Below are positions 1 through 9,935 of a DNA stretch of 64,000 nucleotides, in pieces. The number at the start of each line of letters is the position of its first letter. The stretch's first letter is position 1. The notes below the pieces were generated by a model, which did no database searches, was not told the DNA's origin, and was given only the letters and a program-made list of their open reading frames with translations. Origin of the DNA: a phage; sequence record PZ386970.1; one strand, given 5' to 3'. The translations under genes were made by a program, and so were the position numbers.

Positions 1-1027
1 CATTAGCACAATCAAAATCCGGATGTCTGAACCACCTTTTTTCTAAAAAGCCATCTAACAAAGAGGTTTCAATATTTACTGTATGTGAAAACTCAGTCTC
101 ATTTTCAAGAGTGAAAATAGTCTCTAAAGGCTTCCACAGTTCTAACAAATTACCTTCAAACTTTTCAGAAGCGTATGCTTCAAGAACTTTCAAAATGTAG
201 TCTGTGCTACCTGTACGTCCTGAAACTTTGAATTGAGTGATACCAATATCATTATAAAGTTTCAAATCTTGTGGACGAACAAAACGAGTTCTCAACCAGT
301 TAAACGGGTCTGTATCACGAGCTTTAATACAGTGCTGCATAGGATATCCATTTAAGGATTTAGCATCATCAGCTGTAACATCAGTACTATGGAAAATATA
401 GCAAGAGTCACGATAGCTACAATGTGTTGTATACCCTTTACCAGCATTAGAACAGAACTCATTTACAAGAACTTCAAATATTATATTGTTTTTATTGCAA
501 AACTCTGCTGCACGCTTCAGGAAAGAAACTGAACGGTTCTTATGAATTCCACAGCAGACCTTTTTGATATTATACTGGTCATGTAAGTATTTGATTTGAG
601 TTACAGCATCGACATGTAGAATTGTTGAAACTTCAATCTCAATGTCTTTATTGACTTCACGAACAATTTCCATAACAACAGGGTTAGCGATAGTAATACG
701 CCATACGCCTATTGACCAAAGATACTGAACATAATCCTGAATAGCTTTCTTCTTCCACTCAACTAGTTCTCTTTTTGAACCAGGATTTATCGTGTTGAGT
801 GTATAGTTAAAGCAAATACCTAATTCGTTACAACGTTTAACATAATCTTCTAACATCTTTTTGTCAACGTCAGGAAGCCTAAAATCAGGTCTGGCTGCTA
901 CAAAAGCCATTTCTCTTGTAGAGCCGTATACTTCGTTTATCAAGCTATTAGGATAAGTTTTATTGAGCTCTACGATTTTATCAAGAAGAGCTAAATCAAA
1001 ATTCGTTCCGATTTTAAAAGTATTCAT
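1..1027 (-). CDS. Partial CDS (N-terminal ~342 codons; C-terminus lies beyond the window start). Cys-rich protein with possible U32-family (YhbU/RlhA/TrhP-like Fe-S enzyme) features
   Basis: Manual reverse-complement translation from ATG at 1027 is open to position 1 (MNTFKIGTNFDLALLDKIVEL...); no complete ORF >=60 aa on any frame in 1-1083; Cys-rich segments (KVCCGIH, EFCSNAGKGYTTHCSYRDSCY) loosely resemble U32 family; family assignment is inference. Confidence 0.5.
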   Translation of the reverse strand, partial: MNTFKIGTNFDLALLDKIVELNKTYPNSLINEVYGSTREMAFVAARPDFRLPDVDKKMLEDYVKRCNELGICFNYTLNTINPGSKRELVEWKKKAIQDYVQYLWSIGVWRITIANPVVMEIVREVNKDIEIEVSTILHVDAVTQIKYLHDQYNIKKVCCGIHKNRSVSFLKRAAEFCNKNNIIFEVLVNEFCSNAGKGYTTHCSYRDSCYIFHSTDVTADDAKSLNGYPMQHCIKARDTDPFNWLRTRFVRPQDLKLYNDIGITQFKVSGRTGSTDYILKVLEAYASEKFEGNLLELWKPLETIFTLENETEFSHTVNIETSLLDGFLEKRWFRHPDFDCAN

Positions 1028-1083
1028 TTTTTTGCATCTCGCGTTAATTGATGCGATGGTTTTTGCAGGTCTTACTTAAATTA

Positions 1084-1485
1084 TTATAGATTCGGTTTAT
1101 ATGATTTAAATGTTTCGAATTCGCCTTTATTCATAAGAGCTTTGAATTCGTCAGGACGCATAGCTTTGTCGTCGATAATCCAATCATATACTGGTTTATG
1201 TGTTAGCAAATTATGGTACTTCAAACCAATGTTTTCCAAGTTCTGAATCAGACTTGGGAGAATGTCAATTGCTATACGACCAGGACCTACTGACTTCATA
1301 CCACGAGCAGTGTAAAGCGTTATGGTATGCCCTGCATCATACAGGGCATTAATGGCAGACACCATTTCGACGTCTGGTTTGAAGTTCACGTAATCACGAT
1401 TGTTATTCCACTCTGTTATACAATCATCGACATCAAAACAAAGATTAAGCATGTTTTCTACACGGTGCATTAGATTCGTTCCCAT
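1084..1485 (-). CDS. HAD-superfamily small phosphatase (KdsC-like sugar-phosphate phosphatase candidate)
   Basis: 133 aa; N-terminal DVDDCIT matches HAD motif I (DxD nucleophile); overlaps the upstream gene stop, suggesting co-translation. Confidence 0.6.
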   Translation of the reverse strand: MGTNLMHRVENMLNLCFDVDDCITEWNNNRDYVNFKPDVEMVSAINALYDAGHTITLYTARGMKSVGPGRIAIDILPSLIQNLENIGLKYHNLLTHKPVYDWIIDDKAMRPDEFKALMNKGEFETFKSYKPNL

Positions 1486-3155
1486 TGATGAGTGATATCG
1501 CCACCGATTGGACGATAGGAAACACCAGTTTCTTTATCAGTTAGTACCCATTTACCAGGATTTTTTGTAATCAGAGTAGCCGTTACAGGTTCTGCTACGT
1601 CATAACTAATAGAGCCGTCCTGAAGTACACGGCCCATGTTACGTAATTGCTTAGTCAGAAGTTCCATGCCTTTATAATATGCGGCTACCGCTTTAAGTGG
1701 ATTATTCTTGAAATAACCACCCAATGCAATCCAGATAATTGCCACCGCCAAATGATGATACTCGTTAAACGAACTCATCTTTCCATATTTGTAAACTAAT
1801 GGATTGATGTTAATAGTCACATTACAAGTTGTTTCATCAATAGTAAACTGACCCCAGGTCGGATTAGCATTGAATTCATCATAACCTGAAACAGCATAAA
1901 GCACTTTAGCTTCATCATATAATTTTGGCCCGTAAATCTTGGTTTCACCAAAATATCCACGAGGGTCGATAAACTTGACTTCGCCGTTATCAGTAATCAT
2001 AGTATTACTGAAGTTCGGGTCACCGTGAATAACAGAGTACTGTCCCTGAGAACGGTTATGATAACGAATAAGATGTTCTAAAGCTTGTTTCAACATTGGC
2101 TTCAGACGTCCAATCTTAGTGTAGTTCACGTGTGTGATTTTACCAAATGAATCAATCAATGGCTGAATGCTTTCACAACGATCAATAACTTTCGTATAGA
2201 ACTCTTTAGTGAAATCACGGCGAACAGTTTCAGGACTTACAAAATAAGTGTCTGTGCTGAATTTCAGTGCATCTAAAATTGCATCAACAATTTGTGGACG
2301 AGCAAGACTTGATTTGGATTTAATATATTCAAATGCCGGCTTACCTTTAATGCGTTCCATTTCAAAGTTATTTTCATTAACAGAAACTAACTGAGGAACT
2401 GAATCTGATTTCACTTTCAAATACCACGAAATCTCATCTTTCTGAAGAGCTCGACCCTGTTCGGTTAATGCGAATTTAGTTACAGTTTCTTCACCAATTT
2501 CAACTGCATTAAAACTACGATTAAGTTCACGAACTTCATGAGCTTTTTCAAGTTTAGGCATATCACCTAAATCAATTATATTCATAAGCTCTGATTTATT
2601 GAATGCGCCGCTGTAAAGGAATTCTACGAAATCACGTCCTTTGCAGTATTCATGAATTTCCTCATCGGTAGAACCCATATAGAATTCCCAGTCTTTGAAT
2701 TGATAAATTCCTACAACATTACCGCCTGTTGCACCTACATTAGTGATATTTTCACCGTCGAAATTATATCGACATTCATCACCCTTAACATAGATTGCGT
2801 TAACATTCCAAGACCATGAACCAAAATCAGGAATAATATCGCACCAGTTAACAATTACGTTATGGCCGTCTAAATCTTTGTGTAATTTAGCAAGAGCATA
2901 AGCAGAACCATACGCTTCATCAACTGTACGAATAGTCACATTGAACCCTTCTTGCTCACAATAAGCTCGAACAGTTTCAGCAAATTTTGAATGAACTACT
3001 ACAATAATTTCATCTGCGCCAAGGTCAGAATAAATTGTATATAAATTGCTCAGAATAGTGTCTTGTTTATAGTTAACAAGCACCTTAGGAATATGATGCG
3101 TTATTGGATACAAACGAGTTGCCAGTCCGGCACCAAGAATAACAGCTTTTTTCAT
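1470..3155 (-). CDS. Bifunctional sugar-1-phosphate nucleotidyltransferase (N-term) / sugar kinase of the APH-choline kinase fold (C-term)
   Basis: 561 aa; N-terminus AVILGAGLATRLYP matches the GxGTRL nucleotidyltransferase signature; C-terminal HGDPNFSNTMITDNGEVKFIDPRG matches the kinase catalytic loop of APH/choline-kinase-like phosphotransferases. Confidence 0.7.
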   Translation of the reverse strand: MKKAVILGAGLATRLYPITHHIPKVLVNYKQDTILSNLYTIYSDLGADEIIVVVHSKFAETVRAYCEQEGFNVTIRTVDEAYGSAYALAKLHKDLDGHNVIVNWCDIIPDFGSWSWNVNAIYVKGDECRYNFDGENITNVGATGGNVVGIYQFKDWEFYMGSTDEEIHEYCKGRDFVEFLYSGAFNKSELMNIIDLGDMPKLEKAHEVRELNRSFNAVEIGEETVTKFALTEQGRALQKDEISWYLKVKSDSVPQLVSVNENNFEMERIKGKPAFEYIKSKSSLARPQIVDAILDALKFSTDTYFVSPETVRRDFTKEFYTKVIDRCESIQPLIDSFGKITHVNYTKIGRLKPMLKQALEHLIRYHNRSQGQYSVIHGDPNFSNTMITDNGEVKFIDPRGYFGETKIYGPKLYDEAKVLYAVSGYDEFNANPTWGQFTIDETTCNVTININPLVYKYGKMSSFNEYHHLAVAIIWIALGGYFKNNPLKAVAAYYKGMELLTKQLRNMGRVLQDGSISYDVAEPVTATLITKNPGKWVLTDKETGVSYRPIGGDITHQWERI

Positions 3156-3196
3156 GTTGTGGTCCTCATTGGTAAGTAGGTGTATTGTACACTATT

Positions 3197-3340
3197 CTAG
3201 TTAAAGCATTCATACTTTGCCTGTAGACCAATCATAATCCATCCAATTACAAGTGTTGGAATCATTACTGGAGCCGTTAAGCTCCAGTAGATAGTCATGA
3301 CAAGCATCAATAGTAAAAGTCCTATTGTTATTGCTTTCAT
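3197..3340 (-). CDS. Small hydrophobic membrane peptide (47 aa), at the T4 imm-like position next to gene 43
   Basis: Manual translation MKAITIGLLLLMLVMTIYWSLTAPVMIPTLVIGWIMIGLQAKYECFN; ATG overlaps the SIS gene stop (TAATG); below the ORF-track cutoff. Confidence 0.35.
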   Translation of the reverse strand: MKAITIGLLLLMLVMTIYWSLTAPVMIPTLVIGWIMIGLQAKYECFN

Positions 3341-3972
3341 TATTCGCCTCGTAACATGGCACCTAGTGCACCGCCAGGGTGGAACTTAAGGAAGTCATTA
3401 GAGGTAAATCCACGTTCAGAAGAAAGGTTGATAGCAAACGTATCGATAAGCGCTAACAACAATGTAGTGGACATTGTCGGAGCTAAAGAGTTCTCATCGA
3501 CCTCTACCGCGATGCCTGTACAGAAAGAGTAATCAAAAAGGGCTTCATTTTCTTGCGGAATGTCAGGGTTACAATGTAACAGAATCTGTTTAACCTGAGG
3601 ACGAATCATACGAAGATGTTTAGCAACACCTATCATTTCTTCGGTCTTACCAGAACGACTAATATGAATCAACACATCATTAGGCGCAATGAATCCTGCA
3701 TCACCGTGAGAATAATGCCCGGTGTTCAAGTACATACTAGGAATACCTAGTGAAGCAAATGTCTCAGAAGCTTTAGTTGCAATATTAGCATTCTTACCAA
3801 CACCTGTAATAATTACTCGGCTTTCATAATTACTAAGTCCTGGGCGTCGAAGAGTTTCTAGAATAGCATTATAACGAGCAGGGTTTTGACTAATTACTTT
3901 GGCCATAGTAGCCAAAGAAGAAGCTTGTTTTATGATTGCGTCAATAGCGATAGTGATTGGTGTAGTTTTCAT
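3340..3972 (-). CDS. SIS-domain sugar-phosphate isomerase (KdsD/GutQ/GmhA-like; arabinose-5-phosphate isomerase candidate)
   Basis: 210 aa; VIITGVGKNANIA and HISRSGKTEE resemble the SIS phosphosugar-binding motifs (SxSGxTxE). Confidence 0.7.
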   Translation of the reverse strand: MKTTPITIAIDAIIKQASSLATMAKVISQNPARYNAILETLRRPGLSNYESRVIITGVGKNANIATKASETFASLGIPSMYLNTGHYSHGDAGFIAPNDVLIHISRSGKTEEMIGVAKHLRMIRPQVKQILLHCNPDIPQENEALFDYSFCTGIAVEVDENSLAPTMSTTLLLALIDTFAINLSSERGFTSNDFLKFHPGGALGAMLRGE

Positions 3973-4012
3973 ATTTCTCTCATTTAATTAGTTTACCGTC
4001 CATGGTATTATA

Positions 4013-6724
4013 TCAAAAATCGAACATATCGAACAGAGATGCTTTCTTCTCGTAATCGAGTTTCGCTGCTGATGTGAATCCTTCAAGTGGTTTAATAAAT
4101 GTCTTCTCAAGGAGAACAGTGTAGTCCATCCAATGAAGTACGTCGTCTTTAATTAAATCTGTGATTTCAGTACCAGAAGGCCATGCGATACATTTATCAC
4201 CGAATGGGTTTCCATCACGTAAAGGCAGAACGTATACCTTTTCGCCTTCTACAACTTGTGGAGCATCAATATTACCTTTGATAGCCCGGTTATATGTCAG
4301 AATTCCACGAATATGGAACGGGCATTTAGGACCAGGGAATCCACCAACGTCATATTTAGCAATGTTATTCGCAGAAGATACCGACGCGATGCTAATATAA
4401 TTCAATTGACGGAATTCTTTTTCAAACTCTTTAAAATATTCTTGTAATGATTCTTCACCTTCTTGAAGCATACGACGAATACATTCTTTAAGAGCTTTCT
4501 GTACTGCTTTAGGGGTCGAAGATTTCTGAGTCTCTAGACCCATGATTTTGAGTTTAGGCTCAGCGTAACGAGTACCTTCCATATCCCACACGTTTAATGC
4601 ATAACGTTTCTTACCAGTCCAGAATCCACCAATACCTTTAGAACCAAGCGGAGGCCCAGCGATAGCTTCTCGGTCCATGAACATCAAATGTTGCTTATTA
4701 TTCATGTATTCGCACATTTCACGGAAACCTCTATCAATAGCAGGTTCCATACGTTCACGAGCGAACTTATCTAAGAAGTCTACCCAATGGTTGGTATCAC
4801 GGAATTTAGATTCACCAACCTTATCGATAATTTTATCAGCAGATACGTAAATAGAGTCTGTATCACCATAAAGAACGAAAGCTTCGCCTTCTGTACCACA
4901 AACTTCATTCAGATATTCATTAACTTTACGTTCAATCCACTGTAAAGCCATTTGCCCGAATGTTGTGATTGCAGTAGCATTACGCAAATCATAATAACGG
5001 AACCAAACGTTACCAAGTGCACCATAAAGTGAGTTGATAAGCAATTTACGGTTAATTTGTGCAGTCATACCTGCAACTTCAGTACGTTGAGCTCTAAACA
5101 GCATTTCATTAAGAGATTTAGCAGACAACTTTTTAATCTTTTCTTTAATCTCATCACTGAAGTCGAAACGATAATCAACATCTAATGGTTCGTCAACAGA
5201 AAGATTAGGATTATGCAATGCCTCTTTAATTATTTCACCATTACGTTGAGCTGCAAGCATGTAACCTTTATGTTCTTTACGTTGATTAAAGACCTTAGTG
5301 ATTTCAGTTGGAACTACACCATCACGGTCTTTATAATACATCATGCCGTTAGGAGAGCAACTGTACACATCTGAAGGACGTTCAGCAACAGCGTTAATAT
5401 AATCATGCAATGGAGCTACTTTAAACGTTCCTGCTATTGTTTCTGGGCTAATATTCACTTGGCGAATAATACTTGGATACAGAGATGTAAGGTCGAAACT
5501 CATTACATATTTGTATCGATTTGGAATAGGTTCCTTAACAAAAGCGCCTGGGTAAGGTTGAACTGGATGCGAACGACCTTGTGGAATCACCTTGTTCTGC
5601 TCTTTAAGGCTATTAAAAATAATAGCATCCCATGTTTTAATTGGGCTAAACACAGATTGAATCTGTATCTTAGCATAATAACCCATGTCCAAGCTCAAGT
5701 TAATGAACTGGCGTTTAGCATCAATTTGCAATACACGATACACGTCGATAATGTTATAAGAAATATATCGTTGGTGATTGCTTTCACGAAGCTTAGAAAT
5801 AGGGCCGTCGTATTTCAGTTTACCAACGTTCAATTCAAATTCTGAAATGTAATCCAGAGAATATGACGGTTGATTGGTAAAAGAGAATTTTTTGTAAAGG
5901 TCAATGTAATCAAGAACAGAGATACCGAACAATGTAATGATTTCACGAGAACCATACATGTTTTCGATAACTTTAACACGAGTTTTACGATGTGGCGATA
6001 AACGTTTCGCAGTAGATTCGCCAAAAATATTCTTGATTCGGTTATACACATATGGAATATCAAATGACTCAACGTTCCATCCAGTCAAAATGACAGGAGT
6101 TTTCTGTTGCCAGAAGTTGAGATATTCCATCAACAATTCTTTTTCGTTATCGAACGGCATATAAATGATTTTATCGATAATTTCAGATGGAACTTCATCA
6201 CCGCCTTGTTCTTGAAGCTTAGCCGCAATTTCGATAGACCATTCTTCTACATTACCATATGGAGAATTCAATAGATCAAATACGTAGAACCTGTCGTCAA
6301 TTGAGTCATAATGGGTGATAGCATCAATCGGATGTTTTGCTTGTGACGGCTCAGGGAACCCATCCGGAGATGTTACTTCGATGTCGAAGTTAGCCACACG
6401 AATTTTTGTATGGTCGTATTTGATTTCATAGTTATAAGTGTCAGACAAATACGCCAATTTGAAATCGTCCATGCCAAGTGCTTCAAGTCCGATATCTTCC
6501 ATGCGTTTAATCCATTGGGAGGCATCACGCATATTAGCGAACAACTTACGAGTACACGGCTTACCGTAGATATCGAAATATTTCGTAGCCTGACTTTCTG
6601 GACAATGAGCAAACAGTGATGGTTTATATTCTACTTCGCGAGTACGTTCACGGCCATTAGAATCGATGTAACGTTCAAAAATTGAATCACCAATCTGTTC
6701 AACCGTTAAGTAAAATTCTTTCAT
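4013..6724 (-). CDS. 43: DNA polymerase gp43 (family B, T4/RB69 type)
   Basis: 903 aa; exonuclease motifs (FDIEV), polymerase motifs DxxSLYPS and YGDTDS; sequence recalled as matching RB69 gp43 (903 aa). Confidence 0.98.
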   Translation of the reverse strand: MKEFYLTVEQIGDSIFERYIDSNGRERTREVEYKPSLFAHCPESQATKYFDIYGKPCTRKLFANMRDASQWIKRMEDIGLEALGMDDFKLAYLSDTYNYEIKYDHTKIRVANFDIEVTSPDGFPEPSQAKHPIDAITHYDSIDDRFYVFDLLNSPYGNVEEWSIEIAAKLQEQGGDEVPSEIIDKIIYMPFDNEKELLMEYLNFWQQKTPVILTGWNVESFDIPYVYNRIKNIFGESTAKRLSPHRKTRVKVIENMYGSREIITLFGISVLDYIDLYKKFSFTNQPSYSLDYISEFELNVGKLKYDGPISKLRESNHQRYISYNIIDVYRVLQIDAKRQFINLSLDMGYYAKIQIQSVFSPIKTWDAIIFNSLKEQNKVIPQGRSHPVQPYPGAFVKEPIPNRYKYVMSFDLTSLYPSIIRQVNISPETIAGTFKVAPLHDYINAVAERPSDVYSCSPNGMMYYKDRDGVVPTEITKVFNQRKEHKGYMLAAQRNGEIIKEALHNPNLSVDEPLDVDYRFDFSDEIKEKIKKLSAKSLNEMLFRAQRTEVAGMTAQINRKLLINSLYGALGNVWFRYYDLRNATAITTFGQMALQWIERKVNEYLNEVCGTEGEAFVLYGDTDSIYVSADKIIDKVGESKFRDTNHWVDFLDKFARERMEPAIDRGFREMCEYMNNKQHLMFMDREAIAGPPLGSKGIGGFWTGKKRYALNVWDMEGTRYAEPKLKIMGLETQKSSTPKAVQKALKECIRRMLQEGEESLQEYFKEFEKEFRQLNYISIASVSSANNIAKYDVGGFPGPKCPFHIRGILTYNRAIKGNIDAPQVVEGEKVYVLPLRDGNPFGDKCIAWPSGTEITDLIKDDVLHWMDYTVLLEKTFIKPLEGFTSAAKLDYEKKASLFDMFDF

Positions 6725-6783
6725 TTAATTTCCTTTAGACGAGTTATTGTCTTTTGTTTGTTGATGAACTTATTATACTCCAA

Positions 6784-6801
6784 ATGGGACCGAAGTCCCA
6801 T
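6784..6801 (-). terminator. Stable UUCG-tetraloop hairpin between regA and gene 43 (terminator or gene 43 mRNA regulatory structure)
   Basis: Minus RNA AUGGGAC-UUCG-GUCCCAU; no clean U-tract; followed by TATAAT-like sequence ~50 nt upstream of the gene 43 ATG. Confidence 0.45.
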
Positions 6802-6805
6802 TGCT

Positions 6806-7174
6806 TTAATTACCAATTGTATATTTTGCTTTCAAAGTCCAGTCGTCTTTCTGTTTAAAAGAGATAACACGGAAGTTATTAGTCAGGCTAAATAGATCTT
6901 CACGAGCAGAGTCTTCAATAACAATCAATCCCCAGTCTTCAAGCAACTGAGCAATCGAATCACGTCGCTGATAGTCTTCACCGTCAATATCAACCTGGCG
7001 TCCATCCATACGCAGCATTTCTTTAAAGTGGACAATATAGTACTTACCTTGCTTTTGGAGGATATGACAAGACTGGTAAAGGACTTTATCTTTGTTATTA
7101 GCGATGCCCATACGGGTCAAAGTCTCTTTGACTTTCAGAAAATCTTCAGGGTTCTTCAATTTAATTTCAATCAT
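6806..7174 (-). CDS. regA: RegA translational repressor
   Basis: Translation from MIEIKLKNPEDFLKVKETLTRMGIANNKDKVLYQSCHIL is near-identical to recalled T4 RegA (122 aa); start overlaps gp62 stop as in T4. Confidence 0.93.
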   Translation of the reverse strand: MIEIKLKNPEDFLKVKETLTRMGIANNKDKVLYQSCHILQKQGKYYIVHFKEMLRMDGRQVDIDGEDYQRRDSIAQLLEDWGLIVIEDSAREDLFSLTNNFRVISFKQKDDWTLKAKYTIGN

Positions 7175-7176
7175 TT

Positions 7177-7740
7177 TTACCATTCCAATGCTAATTTTTT
7201 AAATTGTTTTTGTTCTTTCACGTTTTTGGTAACTTCTTTAAGAAATTCATCAGTGACCATGGCCTTCAGTTCTTTAAGGACTATTGGCAACTTGTTATTT
7301 TTTTCAAGGAGCCGCTTATACTCGGTAGCATCATTCATGTTGATTGTGTAATGTTTCATCAACAGTTTGATAACTAGTAACTCTGAAGTGTCTTCAACTA
7401 GTTTAGCCCATTTAGAGAATCGACGACCACGCGGAATTGCCGCCATCATATAGTTGAAGTGCGCTTCATCACTTAATTCAGAACCGACTAAGTTCATCAT
7501 GTAAACGGCTGGCATACATTCTGGGAACTGTGATAATGAGTTCTCAACCATAAATTTTGAGTAGTCGACCTGAGCAATTGACATAGATTTCTTTTCATTA
7601 ATAGCATTAATGATTTTAAAGAATTCATTCTCAGGTTTTTCTTTAAACATATCAGCACATTTTTGAATCGCATCAGCGTCATTAGACTTCCATGCAATTT
7701 GGTGCTCGTTAAGCTGGACGTCATCATCGAATAAGTTCAT
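7177..7740 (-). CDS. 62: Clamp-loader subunit gp62
   Basis: 187 aa (same length as T4 gp62), between gp44 and regA in conserved order. Confidence 0.88.
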   Translation of the reverse strand: MNLFDDDVQLNEHQIAWKSNDADAIQKCADMFKEKPENEFFKIINAINEKKSMSIAQVDYSKFMVENSLSQFPECMPAVYMMNLVGSELSDEAHFNYMMAAIPRGRRFSKWAKLVEDTSELLVIKLLMKHYTINMNDATEYKRLLEKNNKLPIVLKELKAMVTDEFLKEVTKNVKEQKQFKKLALEW

Positions 7741-7741
7741 A

Positions 7742-8704
7742 TTATTTCCAAGTCAGTTCACAGGTCAGTTGAAGAAGCATATACATAACATGTAATTCAA
7801 TATTACTTGCTAGTCCATGAAACTTATTATTTTCGCCTGCAATTTCGTAAAGCGAAATAATACTTTTACCAGGTGCAACTTGGTCATAACATTCTGAAAC
7901 TAATTTATCGATGAACCATGAATAATCTGCAGCATATTTTGGAGCTAATGCACGAAGTTGTTTGATATCTTTGTTCTTCATTGCTTCGATAACATCAGAG
8001 ACTGTGCCACGGTCATTAGTTACGATAGACAGAATACCTGCATCAAGAACACCTTTAGACGAGTACTGGTCTAATTGGCCAATTGTACGACGAAAGTCTG
8101 GGAAGTTCTTTTTAACCAGAGCTGCAACAACTTTCATATCAGCGATTTCGATATTTTCGTTCTTACAGATTTCAACCATACGATGAATCATTTTCTTCAT
8201 CATCGAGATTTTATCTTCTTCAGTCGGACGACCGAATTCGATAACTCGACAACGGCTACGTAATGGTTCAATAATTCCGTCAATGTTGTTAGCAGTGATA
8301 ATAATAGAGCAGTTACTAGAGAATTCTTCCATAAACGTACGAAGGTGACGTTGTGATTCGGCGAGGCCACTACGGTCAAATTCATCAATAACAATAACTT
8401 TAGGCTTGCCTTCCATTGAGACTGAACGAGCGAATGCAGTTAACGGACCACGCACAAAATCAATCTTACAATCAGAACCGTTGACGAACATCATTTCGGC
8501 ATTGATATCATTACATAATGCTTTTGCTACGGTTGTTTTACCTGTACCAGGAGAAGGAGAGTGCAAAATAATATGAGGAAGTTTTCCTTTAGATACTAAA
8601 GACTTGAATGTTTCGTGGTCATACGCAGGCAGAATACATTCGTCAATGGAAGAAGGACGATATTTCTGTTCTAGAATGTGTTCTTTGGAATTGATAGTAA
8701 TCAT
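7742..8704 (-). CDS. 44: Clamp-loader ATPase subunit gp44 (AAA+)
   Basis: 320 aa; Walker [11 protein letters not shown], Walker [12 protein letters not shown] motif (LRSRC). Confidence 0.95.
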   Translation of the reverse strand: MITINSKEHILEQKYRPSSIDECILPAYDHETFKSLVSKGKLPHIILHSPSPGTGKTTVAKALCNDINAEMMFVNGSDCKIDFVRGPLTAFARSVSMEGKPKVIVIDEFDRSGLAESQRHLRTFMEEFSSNCSIIITANNIDGIIEPLRSRCRVIEFGRPTEEDKISMMKKMIHRMVEICKNENIEIADMKVVAALVKKNFPDFRRTIGQLDQYSSKGVLDAGILSIVTNDRGTVSDVIEAMKNKDIKQLRALAPKYAADYSWFIDKLVSECYDQVAPGKSIISLYEIAGENNKFHGLASNIELHVMYMLLQLTCELTWK

Positions 8705-8779
8705 GTAATTTTCCTCATTATCATTAAACTGGAGGATTTCTCCTCCATAATCGTACTACATTAAACGTAAAGCTTTGAC

Positions 8780-9466
8780 TTAGAAGTCGTGAGTAGAATC
8801 AGCTTCCATTGCAATAACATAACTTACTTGAGAGCTTTCAAACTTAGCTGCAACTTTATCACCAGCTCCCCACAACATTACTTTATAGTTACCTGGCTGG
8901 ATTTTCATATTAGCCATATTGATTACGAAGTTAAAGTTGTTAGAACCATCATAATCGGTAAGAGTCAAAGAATACTTAGGACGAGTCAAGCCAGAATCTT
9001 CAACTTTATTGTAACCGTTGATAACAATTTTACCATCTTTATTTGTAATAGCAATTGTATCAATCTGCAGTCCACGTGAAACTCGGAGCAATTGTTGGAG
9101 GTCTTCAGCTTTAATTTCAGTAATAACGGAAGCTACTGGGAACTGAATTGGCTTATTCGGGAACACGATAGTGCTCTTGTCAGCGGCAGGCCAATAAACT
9201 GTGGAACGTGTATCTGCAATTTTAATATTACCGTCAGTGTGCATTGAAATTTCAGCATCATCAGACACTAGACTCAAAATGCTTAAGAAGCTATTCAAAT
9301 CATAAAGTGCTACGTCAAAATCAATTTCATCAGAGATATTTGCTTCTGCATAAGTGGTGCCATTAACTGCACGAGTCATAATAAATTTACCTTGACTCAG
9401 AAGAATACCGGAGTTAATAGAGGCAAAGTTTTTCAGAATAGCGATAGTATCTTTAGACAGTTTCAT
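8780..9466 (-). CDS. 45: Sliding clamp gp45
   Basis: Start taken at MKLSKDTIAILKNF giving 228 aa, the T4 gp45 length; position after gp44. Confidence 0.93.
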   Translation of the reverse strand: MKLSKDTIAILKNFASINSGILLSQGKFIMTRAVNGTTYAEANISDEIDFDVALYDLNSFLSILSLVSDDAEISMHTDGNIKIADTRSTVYWPAADKSTIVFPNKPIQFPVASVITEIKAEDLQQLLRVSRGLQIDTIAITNKDGKIVINGYNKVEDSGLTRPKYSLTLTDYDGSNNFNFVINMANMKIQPGNYKVMLWGAGDKVAAKFESSQVSYVIAMEADSTHDF

Positions 9467-9506
9467 TTTATTTCCTTTCAAGACAATTCAAAGTTTAACA
9501 AATTTA

Positions 9507-9923
9507 TTATGCAGCAACCATCTGCTTTTTAATAGCTTCAGGCAGTGATTCAATATATTCTGGAATTTTAGAAGCAACAATTTCGCCAGCTGCAATTAGT
9601 TGTTCGTCGGCATCAACACAGTAAAAATCTTCAAGGCGTTCAGAACCGTCTTTATCAAGAACGATTTTAGCACCTGCTTCGATAGAATCTTTATAGTGCT
9701 TACGCATCAGATGAATCCACATATCAGATACATCATTATCAATAAAACCATAAATCATAAAACGAGTTTCTTGTGGCAAAGATTGAAGCTTTTTAGCACT
9801 TGCGTCATCACAATGCAGGACCCATGCTTTACGAACACGATTATGGTTATGCGGGTTAGCGTCAGTACGGATAGAAGTAACTTTCAGATCAGCAGCGGTA
9901 AAACCTTTAGCAGTAGTAAACAT
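9507..9923 (-). CDS. rpbA: RNA polymerase-binding protein RpbA
   Basis: 138 aa ORF at the T4 rpbA position between gene 45 and 46; assignment by synteny and size. Confidence 0.7.
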   Translation of the reverse strand: MFTTAKGFTAADLKVTSIRTDANPHNHNRVRKAWVLHCDDASAKKLQSLPQETRFMIYGFIDNDVSDMWIHLMRKHYKDSIEAGAKIVLDKDGSERLEDFYCVDADEQLIAAGEIVASKIPEYIESLPEAIKKQMVAA

Positions 9924-9935
9924 ATTATTTCTCTC

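Noticed and set aside
4161-6619. Plus- and minus-strand short ORFs nested inside gene 43 (4161-4400, 4256-4447, 5405-5845, 5830-6072, 5937-6164, 6373-6612, 6410-6619)
   Set aside because: They lie antisense or out of frame inside a highly conserved 903-aa polymerase gene and have low-complexity composition; treated as spurious.
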